Shown piece by piece: positions 23,828 through 34,603 of a stretch of 64,000 nt of DNA. The notes below the pieces were generated by a model, which did no database searches, was not told the origin of the DNA, and saw nothing but the letters and a program-made list of their open reading frames with translations. Positions within the stretch are counted from its first letter, which is position 1; the number at the start of each line of letters is the position of its first letter. Source of the DNA: Minutocellus sp. GHC0000111 (Eukaryota); assembly GCA_977018835.1 (NCBI GenBank), contig OZ361257.1, positions 1,488,001-1,552,000 of the forward strand. Direction: 5' to 3'. Position numbers and translations under genes: made by a program.

Positions 23828-24913
23828 ATGCTACGCCCGATCCTCCTCATCTCGCTGCTGCTTGGCCTTCTCTGCTGCCCTCGGCAGGCCAGCGCCATTG
23901 GTCCGTGGAGCCGACGTGGTAGGGTTGATCAAGACAAGACTGACGATGCCTCCGCCAGAAAGGCTGGCGATGCCTCCGCCAGAAAGACCGGTGGTGGAGG
24001 GAGGCGCCGCCTTGTCGATGAGACGATTGGACGAAGTCTTCCCATAGATGAGGGTCCATCCGCCCGTTCGCACGACGAAGCCGCCGTGAGTGCAGGACAT
24101 CACTTTACCTGCTCCCTGGCCAGTCGGAGTGGCGTCACTCGTGGTGGGACCGTCCGTTGCTTTGGTCACAACGAAAAGGGCCAGACGGACGCCCCCTCCG
24201 GAATCTTTCAGCAGGTAACCTCCGGTGCCTCCCACGGTTGCGCCCTGGCTGCCACCGGTGCCGTGTCGTGCTGGGGCAACATCCCCCCTCCTCCCGAATA
24301 CAAGTCCTTCGTTCAGCTCAGTAGCGGCGGAGATCACGTCTGTGGCATCCAGTCCGTCGGCGGCAGCATCCTTTGTTGGGGTTCTAACCACCACTCCGAG
24401 TCTGACCCGCCCACTAATGCCGGTCCCTTTGTTCAGGTATCGTCCGGACAGTCCTACTCGTGCGGTCTCCATCGAGATGGCAAGGCCGTGTGCTGGGGCA
24501 AGAATCACCAGGGACAGACCCGTCCACCCGACGGTGTCAAGTTTCGCCAGATCAGTGCCGGCATTGACCACCACGTTTGCGGCATCACCGCCGAAGAGGG
24601 CAACATTCGTTGCTGGGGTCATAATTCCCGTGGTCAGGCCGAGGATCGGGACGATGGTCCGTACCTCCAAGTATCGGCCGGACGCCGTGCGGCCTGCGCC
24701 ATTCGAGAGGATACGCTGGGCATTGTGTGCTGGGGTGGATCGTCGCCAATCCCCGCCGAAGACATGACGTACAGACGCTACAAGCAGATCTCCCTTGGGA
24801 GGGACCACGCCTGCGCCGTCGACGTGGACAAGCGTCTTCACTGCTGGCAGAATGGCGCCGATTTGGGAGCTCACAACGTTCCCGTTGGATTTCAGGTTGG
24901 TGGTGAGCTGTGA
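23828..24913 (+). CDS. Secreted RCC1/BLIP-II-like (CRINKLY4-type repeat) beta-propeller protein
   Basis: Signal peptide; about 7 repeats of Q(V/I)SxGxxHxCG...CWGxNxxG; 24-bp duplication DASARK(A/T)G. Confidence 0.85.
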   Translation: MLRPILLISLLLGLLCCPRQASAIGPWSRRGRVDQDKTDDASARKAGDASARKTGGGGRRRLVDETIGRSLPIDEGPSARSHDEAAVSAGHHFTCSLASRSGVTRGGTVRCFGHNEKGQTDAPSGIFQQVTSGASHGCALAATGAVSCWGNIPPPPEYKSFVQLSSGGDHVCGIQSVGGSILCWGSNHHSESDPPTNAGPFVQVSSGQSYSCGLHRDGKAVCWGKNHQGQTRPPDGVKFRQISAGIDHHVCGITAEEGNIRCWGHNSRGQAEDRDDGPYLQVSAGRRAACAIREDTLGIVCWGGSSPIPAEDMTYRRYKQISLGRDHACAVDVDKRLHCWQNGADLGAHNVPVGFQVGGEL

Positions 24914-25028
24914 ATGGATATTGATGGTAAGACCAAGCTCATTTCAATTGGAATCGGCGGTATCGGTGCACTGCCACTCGTAACACATTGTAGAATGCCC
25001 TTTCCCACATACATTACACACAACATGC

Positions 25029-25900
25029 CTACAATGCAATCATCCCACTACACTCAATCGTCTCTCCTGTGATAAATCCGCTCCGTTCGGAACTTGCAAG
25101 GAACAGCGTGAGATTGGCAATATCTTCTGGTCGGCCAAATTCTCCCAGTGGAATCTTGCGCTGGATGCCATCTCGAATTCGTTCCGGCACCGCCTTGGCC
25201 ATGGGCGTATCAATAAAGCCAGGCAAAATGGCGTTGGCACGAACACCAGATCTAGCCATCTCCTTGGCCAGCGAGCGGGTGAGACCGACGACGCCACCCT
25301 TACTGGCACCGTAATTGCTCTGCCCAACGTTGCCCGTGCGAGACACCACAGACCCAATATTGACTATGGATGCCCCATAGTCGGTCGATCTATTCGTAGC
25401 AACGCTGCTACCCGACTGCCGATGCGTATGCAGTTCCTCTCGAAGCAACCTCAGTCGATCGTTGGCGCAGAAATACTTGCAGGCCAGCCACGTGCCGCGC
25501 AGATTGACTCCGATGACGTCGTCGAAGCTGTCCACTGACATGTTATCGATGAGAGTATCGCGCGTTATGCCAGCACAGTTGACCAATATGGATGCAACTG
25601 GAGGGACACTGTCTTTGACGTCGCCACTACTTTGAGCAGCAGCCGAGGCGAGAGCATCGGCCGCCTCAATCATTCGCTGCACTTCCTCCGGTTGAGTTAC
25701 ATTGCACACGAAAGGTTCCACCTTCATGTCGCGTGACGCTTCAAGTTCCTGTATTTCCTGGGCCACATCCTCGACGGCAGATGCATTGGCATCGGCCAGA
25801 AGGACGTTGCACCCGCCCTCTACGGCCAGCGCCGTGGCGACGGCCCTACCGATACCTGACGCAGCGCCTGTTACGCACGCCGTTCGGTGGGCCAAGCGGA
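25029..25900 (-). CDS. Short-chain dehydrogenase, 3-oxoacyl-ACP reductase/HSD17B8-like (5' end unresolved)
   Basis: VTGAASGIG, LVNCAGITRD, GNVGQSNYGASKGG (YxxxK), PGFIDTPM. Confidence 0.9.
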
Positions 25901-26057
25901 GCCACGGGAAGAAGAAAGAGCAAGACCACAAATCAAAAGTGAAGAAGAATCTCAAACCAACACATCAAGTGTCATTTGTGCTCGTACCACAACACATCAT
26001 TAAAGCTCCGCTGCATACATAAATCGATCATCGAAAAGCGAAAAGTAGCCATCGACA

Positions 26058-27122
26058 ATGAAGATCGTCGCCTTTCTCACTCTCATCCATATCCTCAGGC
26101 GTCGAAGGCAGGCGTCACAACTTTCGTGGCATCGAAAACAATCGAGATCTCAAGAGTAAGAGTAAGGCAAGTAAGAGTAAGGCAAGCAAGAGCAAAACTG
26201 GTGGATCAGGCTCGGCTAATGGTACCGCCGGTGGTGCCAACCGCGTCGTCGACGGTGGTGGCGGTGGAGGTGGAGGTGGAAGCGGTGGATCCAAAAGTAT
26301 GAAGTCGGGAAGCAACGCTGGAGTTGGAAATCGCGTCGCACCCTCGTGCATGTTCAATGTCCCTCCCGATTGTGTGACGTGGCCACTCGATGAGGCGGCG
26401 GTCAATAGGTGAGTGAGAAAAAATTGCTTAGAAATTCCTTGTATCGAGTCGACAAGCAGTTGAATGACTTTTACTTTACTGATCTTTTTCCATCGTTCAT
26501 CTCCCCATCCTGCAGAGCAACTGGTCCAGGTATTCTAGGATACACATTGAGTGAGACGGTGCTCAACCCAGAGGATGGGTCCATCTATCGTGTTTATCTT
26601 CCGGACGAAGGCACAATCCTCCCCTCGGATCCTGGAGATTTTCTCGCCGATCCCAATGCGAATCGAGTTCCCATGGGCGGCGGAGGAGAAGTCGATGGCG
26701 GCGGCCTCATGGACCCAACGCCATCAGTCTCCACCCCTTCACCTGGAGTCAACCGCATCCCTGGATCCTTCACAACTCGTACTGGCAGCTGCTCGAAGAG
26801 TATCCCAAGTATTGGTGATGGGTTGCCTGAAAACTGTATACAGGGAGAGTGAGTATCGATATATCGGTGTATCTGCATGCCTAACGCTGTACCATTTTGA
26901 GCCACATTTCTATTTATAGTAACACTTATTGCACATGGCATGCCCGCTCACAAACAATGTTTCACCTTCGTCTCATTTTCGAATTTCTCTACAAACAACT
27001 GCAGCGATTGCATATCTGGTAATTGCGCCGTATCGCCCCAGGTGGTCAATGGCGTCTGTGTTGCCGAAGTACCGGACGGCTGGACGCTCCTTCCTTCCAT
27101 GGTTTCATGTGTCAACAAATAG
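26058..27122 (+). CDS. Secreted Lys/Ser/Gly-rich protein with RXL and KXXK motifs and a Cys-rich C-terminus; introns 26409-26515 and 26849-27004; frameshift ~26088
   Basis: MKIVAFLTLI/..SSGVEG-RRHNFRGIENNRDL-KSKSKASKSKASKSKTGGSG..GGGGGGGG; spliced end CIQGDDCISGNCAVSPQVVNGVCV...SCVNK*. Confidence 0.7.
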
Positions 27123-27607
27123 ATAAGGATCTGCTTTGACAGACAGAAAAAAATGATTGTACAATTGAATTGAGAAAATAGAAACGAAAAAGAAAAGGGC
27201 TGGGAATGCGGAAGACTTGGTGGTGTTTGACTTAAACATGAGGCACAGAACTCACAGCAGCGGCTGCTGGGTCGCTCGTTTGCCGGATAAGACTGCAGCT
27301 CGTGGTGATTGCGGATCGGATACCTGCTTGTTGTTTACATTATGCATATTTTTGAGTATCGATATGGTAGCGGGGAGCACCCGTCGTTTAAAGGGAGTCC
27401 TTCTACCATGTCATCGACGGACGATACACGTGTACCGATAGTAGATTCTAGTAAGTAAAAATATAATTTGATAGAATACCGGTACTTTATTTTGGATGTA
27501 GAAAATTTCTCTAGATAGATCTAGAGCACTTGGTCTGCTGAAATGCTCAGAAGCAAATGGTACATGTGTACTCGCAAAAAAGTACCGTACGAGTAGATCT
27601 ATCTAGA

Positions 27608-29105
27608 GAGTGATTTCACGAGAGAGCAGACACCCCCTCCGCGATGTTTCGTAAACATTGTACCAACTTCCTTTTATTGATGATCCTTACTCAGAAGGGT
27701 ATTGTAGACCATAATCAACAATAAAAGGAAGTTGGTACAATGATCTTGGTGCTCTTTTAGCACTTGATATAGATACGGTATTAGAGTGTTTCTTTTGGTA
27801 CACTATTGTTTGAAAATTTATTTTTATGTCGTAGAATACACTTGTGCTGTTTCAAGAAAGAAAAAATACATCAAACTTTATAACGAAACAAAACCCATTT
27901 CGTTCAACGAATGGGGCCACAACATGTGTCGCCGACGTGCCTCCCATTGAGAACAATCAAGACTACGGGGCACCATACCCTTGTAATAGCCTTTCACAAC
28001 ACTGTGGTGCAGCAGGAGACTTGCAATTACTTTTTTGAGCCTTGAAAAATTCGTTCGCGTTAGACCCGATTTTTTCGACAGTTTCCGACGTTCCATCACG
28101 ACCATGTTCGCCCGATGTACAGCACCACCCCGGCCATCGCATACACTCTGACCACCTAGATGCCTTCCTGAATATTACTGGAAGGGATTTTTGGGCGATA
28201 GCGGTGCGTCGGTGCGTGCCTGTACCGCGAAATGTGGCCCAGCGCCATTACCACCCCCATTACACCACCCATCCGAAAGTTGGTCCGGATGCTTTTATGC
28301 GGTCCATGCACCACTTCCGTTGCACTGAGCCGTCGACGCTTCACCCATATATATACCAAGCGCATTTGAGTGGGGGGTGGTGGCATTTCTTGACAATTCA
28401 TAGAGAAAACTATTCCCAAAGTCCCGTGTCTGATGTCGGCACCAGATTTCACCTTCATTGCTTCTGCCGCCCGAGAGGAACGAAACCGGAGAAAGCGGCC
28501 AAACCAACACGTGAGATCGATGGATGTAATATAGAATGAGCATCGTGCGTGCTGATATTGCGTGAAGGAACAGTGGTTGAGGCTTGAAGGGGGTTGTAGT
28601 TGGGGATTTGCTACTTTCAGATGTTTTGCTTTCCATGGTGACGGCCACAATGATACAAAGATGGGGCCCAATATCGACCCTCTGGCGCAAACTTGCTCCC
28701 AATATTACCCAAGTGAAAGTAATGCCAGTCAGGGAGGATTGAAATGGATGTAGACAAGCATCAGCCATCATTCTTTTCCATTTTGAGGGTAAAAAAATTT
28801 TGAAAATTTCTGGGCATGAGGAGATGTTGCTAAAATAGCACATGATGTACGAATGAGTTTGCTTTCAAGTATGCAATACTCACCTAACGCATGTAGTTGG
28901 CGTATACATCGGTTGGCTTGGAGTTATTTATCGTTATACCATCATTTGGTGGCCTTCTTGTGGAGATGAATTCTCCTTGCTTTCGCCGTGTTGAGAGAGG
29001 CCATTTAGTGGGTTCATTTTTGCGCTGCATAAAGTATCGCACAAAAAAATTTCCTAGTGCCTTACTATTTACGGCGATTTTGTCGGCGGTCTCGTGGAAT
29101 CACTC
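27608..29105. mobile_element. Non-autonomous TIR DNA transposon (1498 bp), Sola-like termini
   Basis: Left end GAGTGATTTCACGAGA; right end reverse complement GAGTGATTCCACGAGA (15/16 match). TAGA is duplicated at 27604-27607 and 29106-29109. No transposase ORF inside. Confidence 0.75.
27656..27742. repeat. 24-bp perfect inverted repeat (hairpin)
   Basis: CATTGTACCAACTTCCTTTTATTG (27656-27679) and CAATAAAAGGAAGTTGGTACAATG (27719-27742). Confidence 0.93.
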
Positions 29106-29188
29106 TAGATCTACATATCGTGTACATTCGACTCGATCTACATATCATGCGCATGTGCGTGTAGATCGAGTCGAATCATCAATCGAAT

Positions 29189-29234
29189 CGAAACGGTAAA
29201 AAGGTTCCTATCGAAACGGTAAAAGGGTTCCTAT
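29189..29234. repeat. 23-bp tandem duplication
   Basis: CGAAACGGTAAAA(A/G)GGTTCCTAT x2. Confidence 0.85.
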
Positions 29235-29568
29235 GGCATGCATGGTGGTGGATTTCGGCAGGTAGGTTACCGGTTGCGGTTGCCGTCCTTTTGTAGAAGT
29301 AGTATTCTTCATGACGTTGAGAGGATTTCTCTATGATGACAAAAGACATGAGAGACACGTCGCTCACCGCGCGGTCACCAAAAATCGCAAAGTGCCGTTT
29401 TTTCACGCCATCTTGCTTGGCGTTTGCTTGCGCTATGCTGCGGCTTTCTGGCATACGAGGCGAGGTTGGCACCCTCGCGGCGATTGGCAATTGCACCTCT
29501 GCCTTCTCAGGCCACCACCAGCATCAATACGTGCCGCCCATTGCCTCGCATCGCTGCATATATATTGA

Positions 29569-32500
29569 ATGGCCGAGCCTTCTTCGCCTCCTCGACCGGA
29601 GGTGCTCGGCAAGAGCAGTAGCAATGACGCCGCCGACCAAAATAAGTCGCCCCCGTCCTCTCTGAAGAAGGCCGCTTCGTCGAGGAAGAAAAAGCAACAG
29701 AATGGTGGTGACGAGGACAGTGCCTCCAGCAATGCAGACGGCACTGCCAAGACGAAATCGCGCCGGTCGGTTTACCGCAACTACATGTCCAGTACCCAGA
29801 GCCGTTCTCGTGGGGCCGCGAATAGGAGCACTGCCGGTGGTCGAGGCAGCAGTCCCAAAAACGGTGCCGGACGGGGTGGAGGTAAGAGCGGCGGCAACAA
29901 AAGTCTCGTTGTGACCAGACGCCTTGGACTCGGCGTAGGCGTAGGTGCCGGTGGGGGCGGAGGCAGCAGCCGAGGATCGTCCACCAAGACCAAATCGCTT
30001 CGCTCCCGACAGCCAATCTCATATTCAAAGGCCACTCAGCTGAACAGTTCCACTGCAGTCGAGGCCGACGACAAGACGAGGGATTTGTTCAAGAGTCACG
30101 AAGACTATGGTGAAGGCGCTACCGTCAAGTGAGTATTTTTGCCTTGTCTTTCTATATTGTTCTAATGTTGGATTGTTGTTATATAACCAATACATCCATT
30201 TTTTCTCCTCTTGAACAGAAAACTTGCAGAGGAGTTATTTGGGAGCGGTACAGGCATATCCGACAATGATTTGCGTCGTTTGATCGATGCCAAAGTGACC
30301 TCCAATGGTGCCACGTATCAGGCTCTGGAGGAAACGATTACAAATCTGAAGAACACGCTATCGGCAGTATTGGATGCGAAGAAGCAATTGGTTTCGGGAT
30401 CGGGAGCGATCGATGCCGAAAAGACGGCCCGCGTTGGATGGTCGCGAGCATTGCAAAGTGCGAGAGATATCGACGCAGACCGGGGCACCATCAAAAGCAA
30501 GGTGAAGCAATTGGAGGCCGATCGGCAAATCTGGAAGGATACGTCAAAGGATTCAATGAGAGAGCTTGGTGTGGCCGAGGAGAAGATCGAGGCACTGAAA
30601 GACGAGCTGGAACCCCTCAAGGAGAAGTTGGCGACTACCGAGCAGCTCAAAAACGAAGCTATGATCGCAATGGAGGTCACAAAGGCGCGGAGTGAGGCAA
30701 ACTTGGAGCAGATCGAAAGTCTCAAGGCAGAGATCGCCGCATTGGAGGCCGCAAAGGGAGTCGCTATCGAGCAAGCCAAGGCTGAAGCTGCTGGAGTGGG
30801 AGGTGCCGAAAAGACCAAATTATCGGCGGAGATATCATCGCAAAAAGACAAAGTAAAGGGATTGGAATCCCAACTTCAAACAAAGGAATTGGAGATGCAG
30901 AAGCTGACCATCGAAAAAGACGCCGCAGTTGAAAGGGCCACGTCCAAGGACCGCGATCTGAGCGAGCTCATGAAGAGTCTGGGCGATATTCAGAGATCGG
31001 GCCAGGCAAGAGAAGAGGAAGCCAATACACAGCGGAAGGAGGCCGAAGGCAAGGTATCAGACCTAGAGCGAACGTTGGCCGATACGCGTGGTGAGATAAG
31101 TGTGCTTACGCACGAGAAGACCGCCCTAGCCGAAAGTCTAGCCAAGGCCAAGGAGGAACTGGAGGGCGCCGATGGTTCAGTCAAGGAGCTCAAGAGTCAG
31201 ATTGATGGATTCAGGTCTGAGATATCAACACAAGCCGCTCAACTGGCTCTAGAAAAGGAATTGCGCGCACGATCTGAGCAGAAAGAGAGCGAGGAACGGA
31301 ATGAACGCGTTGCTTTGGGAGCACAGATGGTGGCAATGACCAAGGAGCATGCTTTGATGGAAGCCCAACTGAACGAGGCCAACGAAATTCTCGAGGCAAA
31401 GTGGAGGAAACAATTCAAGGCTCAAGAAGAGCTTATCCAGCAGAAGGAGGATGCGCTTACGGAGTCATTGGAGACTGTTACTGGCCTTGAGGGCGAGATC
31501 GCATCACTCAAGGAGGCGCTCAGCGACAAGAAATCGAAGCAGGAAGCCGAGCACGCCGAAGAAATCAGCAAATTGAATGGAGAGATCCGTCGGCTTGAGG
31601 GTCGTGTCAAGGCAGAGGAAGAGAAGCTCGCCGCAGCTCAGGAGGCCTTTGCGAAAGAAAGAACCGACTTTGAATCTCAACTTCGTGATGGAGCCGCCGA
31701 GAGGAGAAAGATGCACAATACCATCCAGGAGTTGCGAGGAAACGTCCGTGTTTTCGCTCGTGTTCGTCCCTTCCTTCCTGGCGACGATGCGGGCGAAGAT
31801 GAGCAGCCATCTGTCATCCCCAAGAACGACAATACGTCACTCAAACTTCGCCTCAATGGTGACGAAAAGAAAGACTACAATTTCAGCTTCGACCGAGTCT
31901 TCAATCCCAGCGGCTCGCAGGAGGCCGTATTTACGGAAGTTTCGGAGTTTGTTCAGTCTGCTCTCGACGGATACAACGTTTGTTTATTCTCGTATGGCCA
32001 GGTACGTACAAAGTGTATGAATTGCATGTTGGAATGGCTGAAATGCAGGTGTGCGAATTCCCTCAAATAAATTTACTGTAAACGTATGTCACCCCTCACC
32101 TCTATCTCTCGTTCGGCCCTTCTTACCTCAAAGACCGGGTCTGGTAAGACGCACACCATGCAGGGTAGCGGCAGTGGTACTATGCGCGGAATTATTCCTC
32201 GTGCCATCGCAAAAGTCGGCGAGTACAAGGCCGAGCTGGAGGCACAGGGTTGGCAATACGAAATGCGAGTTTCCTTCCTGGAAATTTACAATGAGACTAT
32301 AAGAGACTTGCTTCGAGATGAGGAGATTGGCGAAAAGAAACACGAGATCAAGGTAAATACGGATGGCAGCCGCCTGGTCACCGATCTTACCATCAAGCCT
32401 CTCGAGCCGACGGATGCAGACGCAGTAAACGAGGTGATGCAAACGGCGGCCAAGTACAGAACTGTGGGCTCGACGAACATGAACGATGTTTCTAGTCGTT

Positions 32501-33233
32501 CGCACTCTGTCTTTACGCTGCATCTCACTGCCATTCATCCCGAGAATAATCAAAAGCTCAAGGGCATGTTGAATCTATGCGATCTGGCCTGTAGTGAGCG
32601 CTTGAAGCGTTCTGGTGTTAGTGGCGAACAGGGGAAGGAAGCCGTGTCTATCAACAAGAGCTTGAGCGCTCTGACCAACGTGTTTGTGTCCATCGGATCG
32701 AAGGCTGGACACGTCCCATTCCGCAACTCAAAGCTAACATGGCTGCTCCAGCCTAGCTTGAGTGGTGACGGGAAAACGCCGATGATAGTCAACCTCAGTC
32801 CTACGGAGATGAGCAGTCAGGAGTCACTGTCCAGTCTTCGTTTGCTTCCCAGGTGAACAAGTGTGAACTTGGTGCGGCGAAGCGATCCATCCAAGATGCT
32901 GGCGATGACGACGACAATGACGATGCTGCTAGCTCATCTGGAAGGTCGAGTGGTCGATCGACCCCAGTGAGCAAGAGCACTCCAACTTCTCGTCGCTCGT
33001 CATTGAAATCTCCCTCTACTACGACCCCAATCAAACGATCGGGATCTACCTCCAACATCGGAAGTGCCGGCAGGAGCAGCATACCTCGCCGCAGTGCTTC
33101 CAGTAGCAATTTGACGAGCACCCCCTCTTCAGCCTCGAGAACGAGCAGACTTTCTAGACCAACAAGTAGCAGCAACCTCAGTGGGCGAAAGCCTCCGATA
33201 AGGAGCCCAACTCCCACCAAAGGAAAGAATTGA
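29569..33233 (+). CDS. Kinesin-14 (KIFC1/Kar3-type C-terminal motor); introns 30129-30218 and 32002-32133; frameshift ~32841
   Basis: Long coiled coil, ERRKMHNTIQELRGNVRVFARVRP neck, YGQ|TGSGKT P-loop, SSRSH, DLACSE (canonical DLAGSE), HVPFRNSKLT, SLR/FASQVNKCELG. Confidence 0.93.
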
Positions 33234-33425
33234 TAACTTTTCTTTCCTTGTGTAATGGCTGTTCAATATTATTTGAATCGAATCAACAAAACAACAATGA
33301 CACAAGAAAGACTTACAATGACATAAAACCGTTTTACTTAGACATAACAAATTTGATGTGAACATGAATTCTATCATACCAGTAATTCATTCTTGTCTAT
33401 TACGAGCGAACCTACTGCTAATATC

Positions 33426-33493
33426 AGCACCAACTATCAATACCGAATGCTCTTACTGTACGCGGGAGCAACCGATGCGTCATTCAGGATACT
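33426..33493 (-). promoter_or_regulatory. Candidate SECIS element in the MsrA 3' UTR
   Basis: Minus strand AGTATC-ctga-ATGAC-GCATCGGTTGCTC-ccgcgtacagtaa-GAGCATTCGGTAT-TGAT-agtt-GGTGCT: helix I, AUGA/GA core and ~13-bp helix II, folded by hand. Confidence 0.7.
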
Positions 33494-33557
33494 TCAATTC
33501 ACATACATACCGCCCTCAATTTCATTGATAATCACACCAATTAGTGTTCTACCGTCT

Positions 33558-34055
33558 TCAGTACAGCGACTTGCCAGACATCTTGGCGATGTAATTCTGG
33601 TGATATTCCTCTCCCTTGTAAAACTTTGTCATCTTCTCCACCTTGGTGTAAATCTCTCCTCGAGTGGATCCTCTGAGACCTTCCAAATATTCTTCCGCCT
33701 GTTCCTTCTGTTCGTCGTTCGAGTAGAAGATGACACTTCGGTATTGTCGGCTACGTGGCGATGTTGCCCTGTGCATCTTCCCAAACTCAATCAGAAGGTC
33801 CTCAAAGGACACCACCGTTCGATCAAACTCAACTAGTACACATTCTGTAAAGTCCTTCATCTGCCTGTACGTTGGATTGGGCTCGTGACCACCGGCGTAC
33901 CCCACAACACAGCGGTTCACCCCCTTCATGGAGAGGAACCGCGGCTGCGGGCCCCAAAATCAGCCGAGCCCTACGACGAGCACCTCGTTGTTGGGTGACG
34001 AAGGCTTGAAGGAGATGGGAGGGCAGGTGGCGCTACCGTGCTTCAAGAAATTCAT
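33558..34055 (-). CDS. msrA: Selenocysteine-containing peptide methionine sulfoxide reductase A (UGA at 33960-33962)
   Basis: MNFLKHG...VLVVGLG-TGA-FWGPQ aligns to the MsrA GCFWG motif; downstream VVGYAGG, PTY, TECV, QYRSVIF, FYKGEEYHQNY. Confidence 0.92.
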
Positions 34056-34138
34056 GTTGCTGTCGATGTTTTGGTTCGATTGATTGTGTTTTGGCCTTAT
34101 GTGCATGGGGTCGTACCAAAGTTTAGACGTGTGGGGGG

Positions 34139-34603
34139 GCAATAGCCAAGACATTGACCGTGTCGGATCAGCACGTTACGATCCTCCTCACGCACACTGT
34201 TCCCGCGGATGATGATGGTGAATTGAACATCGATTATAGGAAGGACGATGCGTGGTCTGCTGCGGCGGACGATGATGACAAGAAGGAGGAGACCGTCGAA
34301 GAAAAGGCAGCCCAGGTTCTGCCCAAGACTGTCAAGTCGCTGCTCAAGTTGACGGTGGTACCATTCCATCGGCAGGTGTTTGATCCCACAATGCCCGGTG
34401 CTGCCGGTTCGGATATGGCTGATGCAGTGGAGTACTCGTCCTTCTCGGCACTCAACGAACCGGATGAGCGCAACTCGAGGGAGATACTGACCTTCCTTAC
34501 CGACAACTACAACTTCGATCTTACCAGCTTCTCGGGTGCCGAATATAGCTACTGGACGGCTCGACCCGGAGGCCGGTTCCGTTTCATCGGTGGCATTACA
34601 TGA
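34139..34603 (+). pseudogene. Coding fragment without start, possibly the N-terminal part of a DcpS-like scavenger decapping enzyme
   Basis: Protein-like open frame (SLLKLTVVPF...FSGAEYSYW), preceded by an in-frame TAG (34124) and overlapping the leishmanolysin stop. Family call is tentative. Confidence 0.4.

Noticed and set aside
27844..29199. Several 60-180-aa ORFs inside the TIR element
   Set aside because: No transposase (DDE) or other motifs; non-coding-like composition.
19324..29234. CRISPR-like array among the short direct repeats
   Set aside because: Only two copies each, no regular spacers, no cas genes, eukaryotic context.
33960..33962. TGA in msrA as another nonsense lesion
   Set aside because: It falls exactly on the catalytic Cys position and a SECIS-like element follows, so Sec is the better reading.
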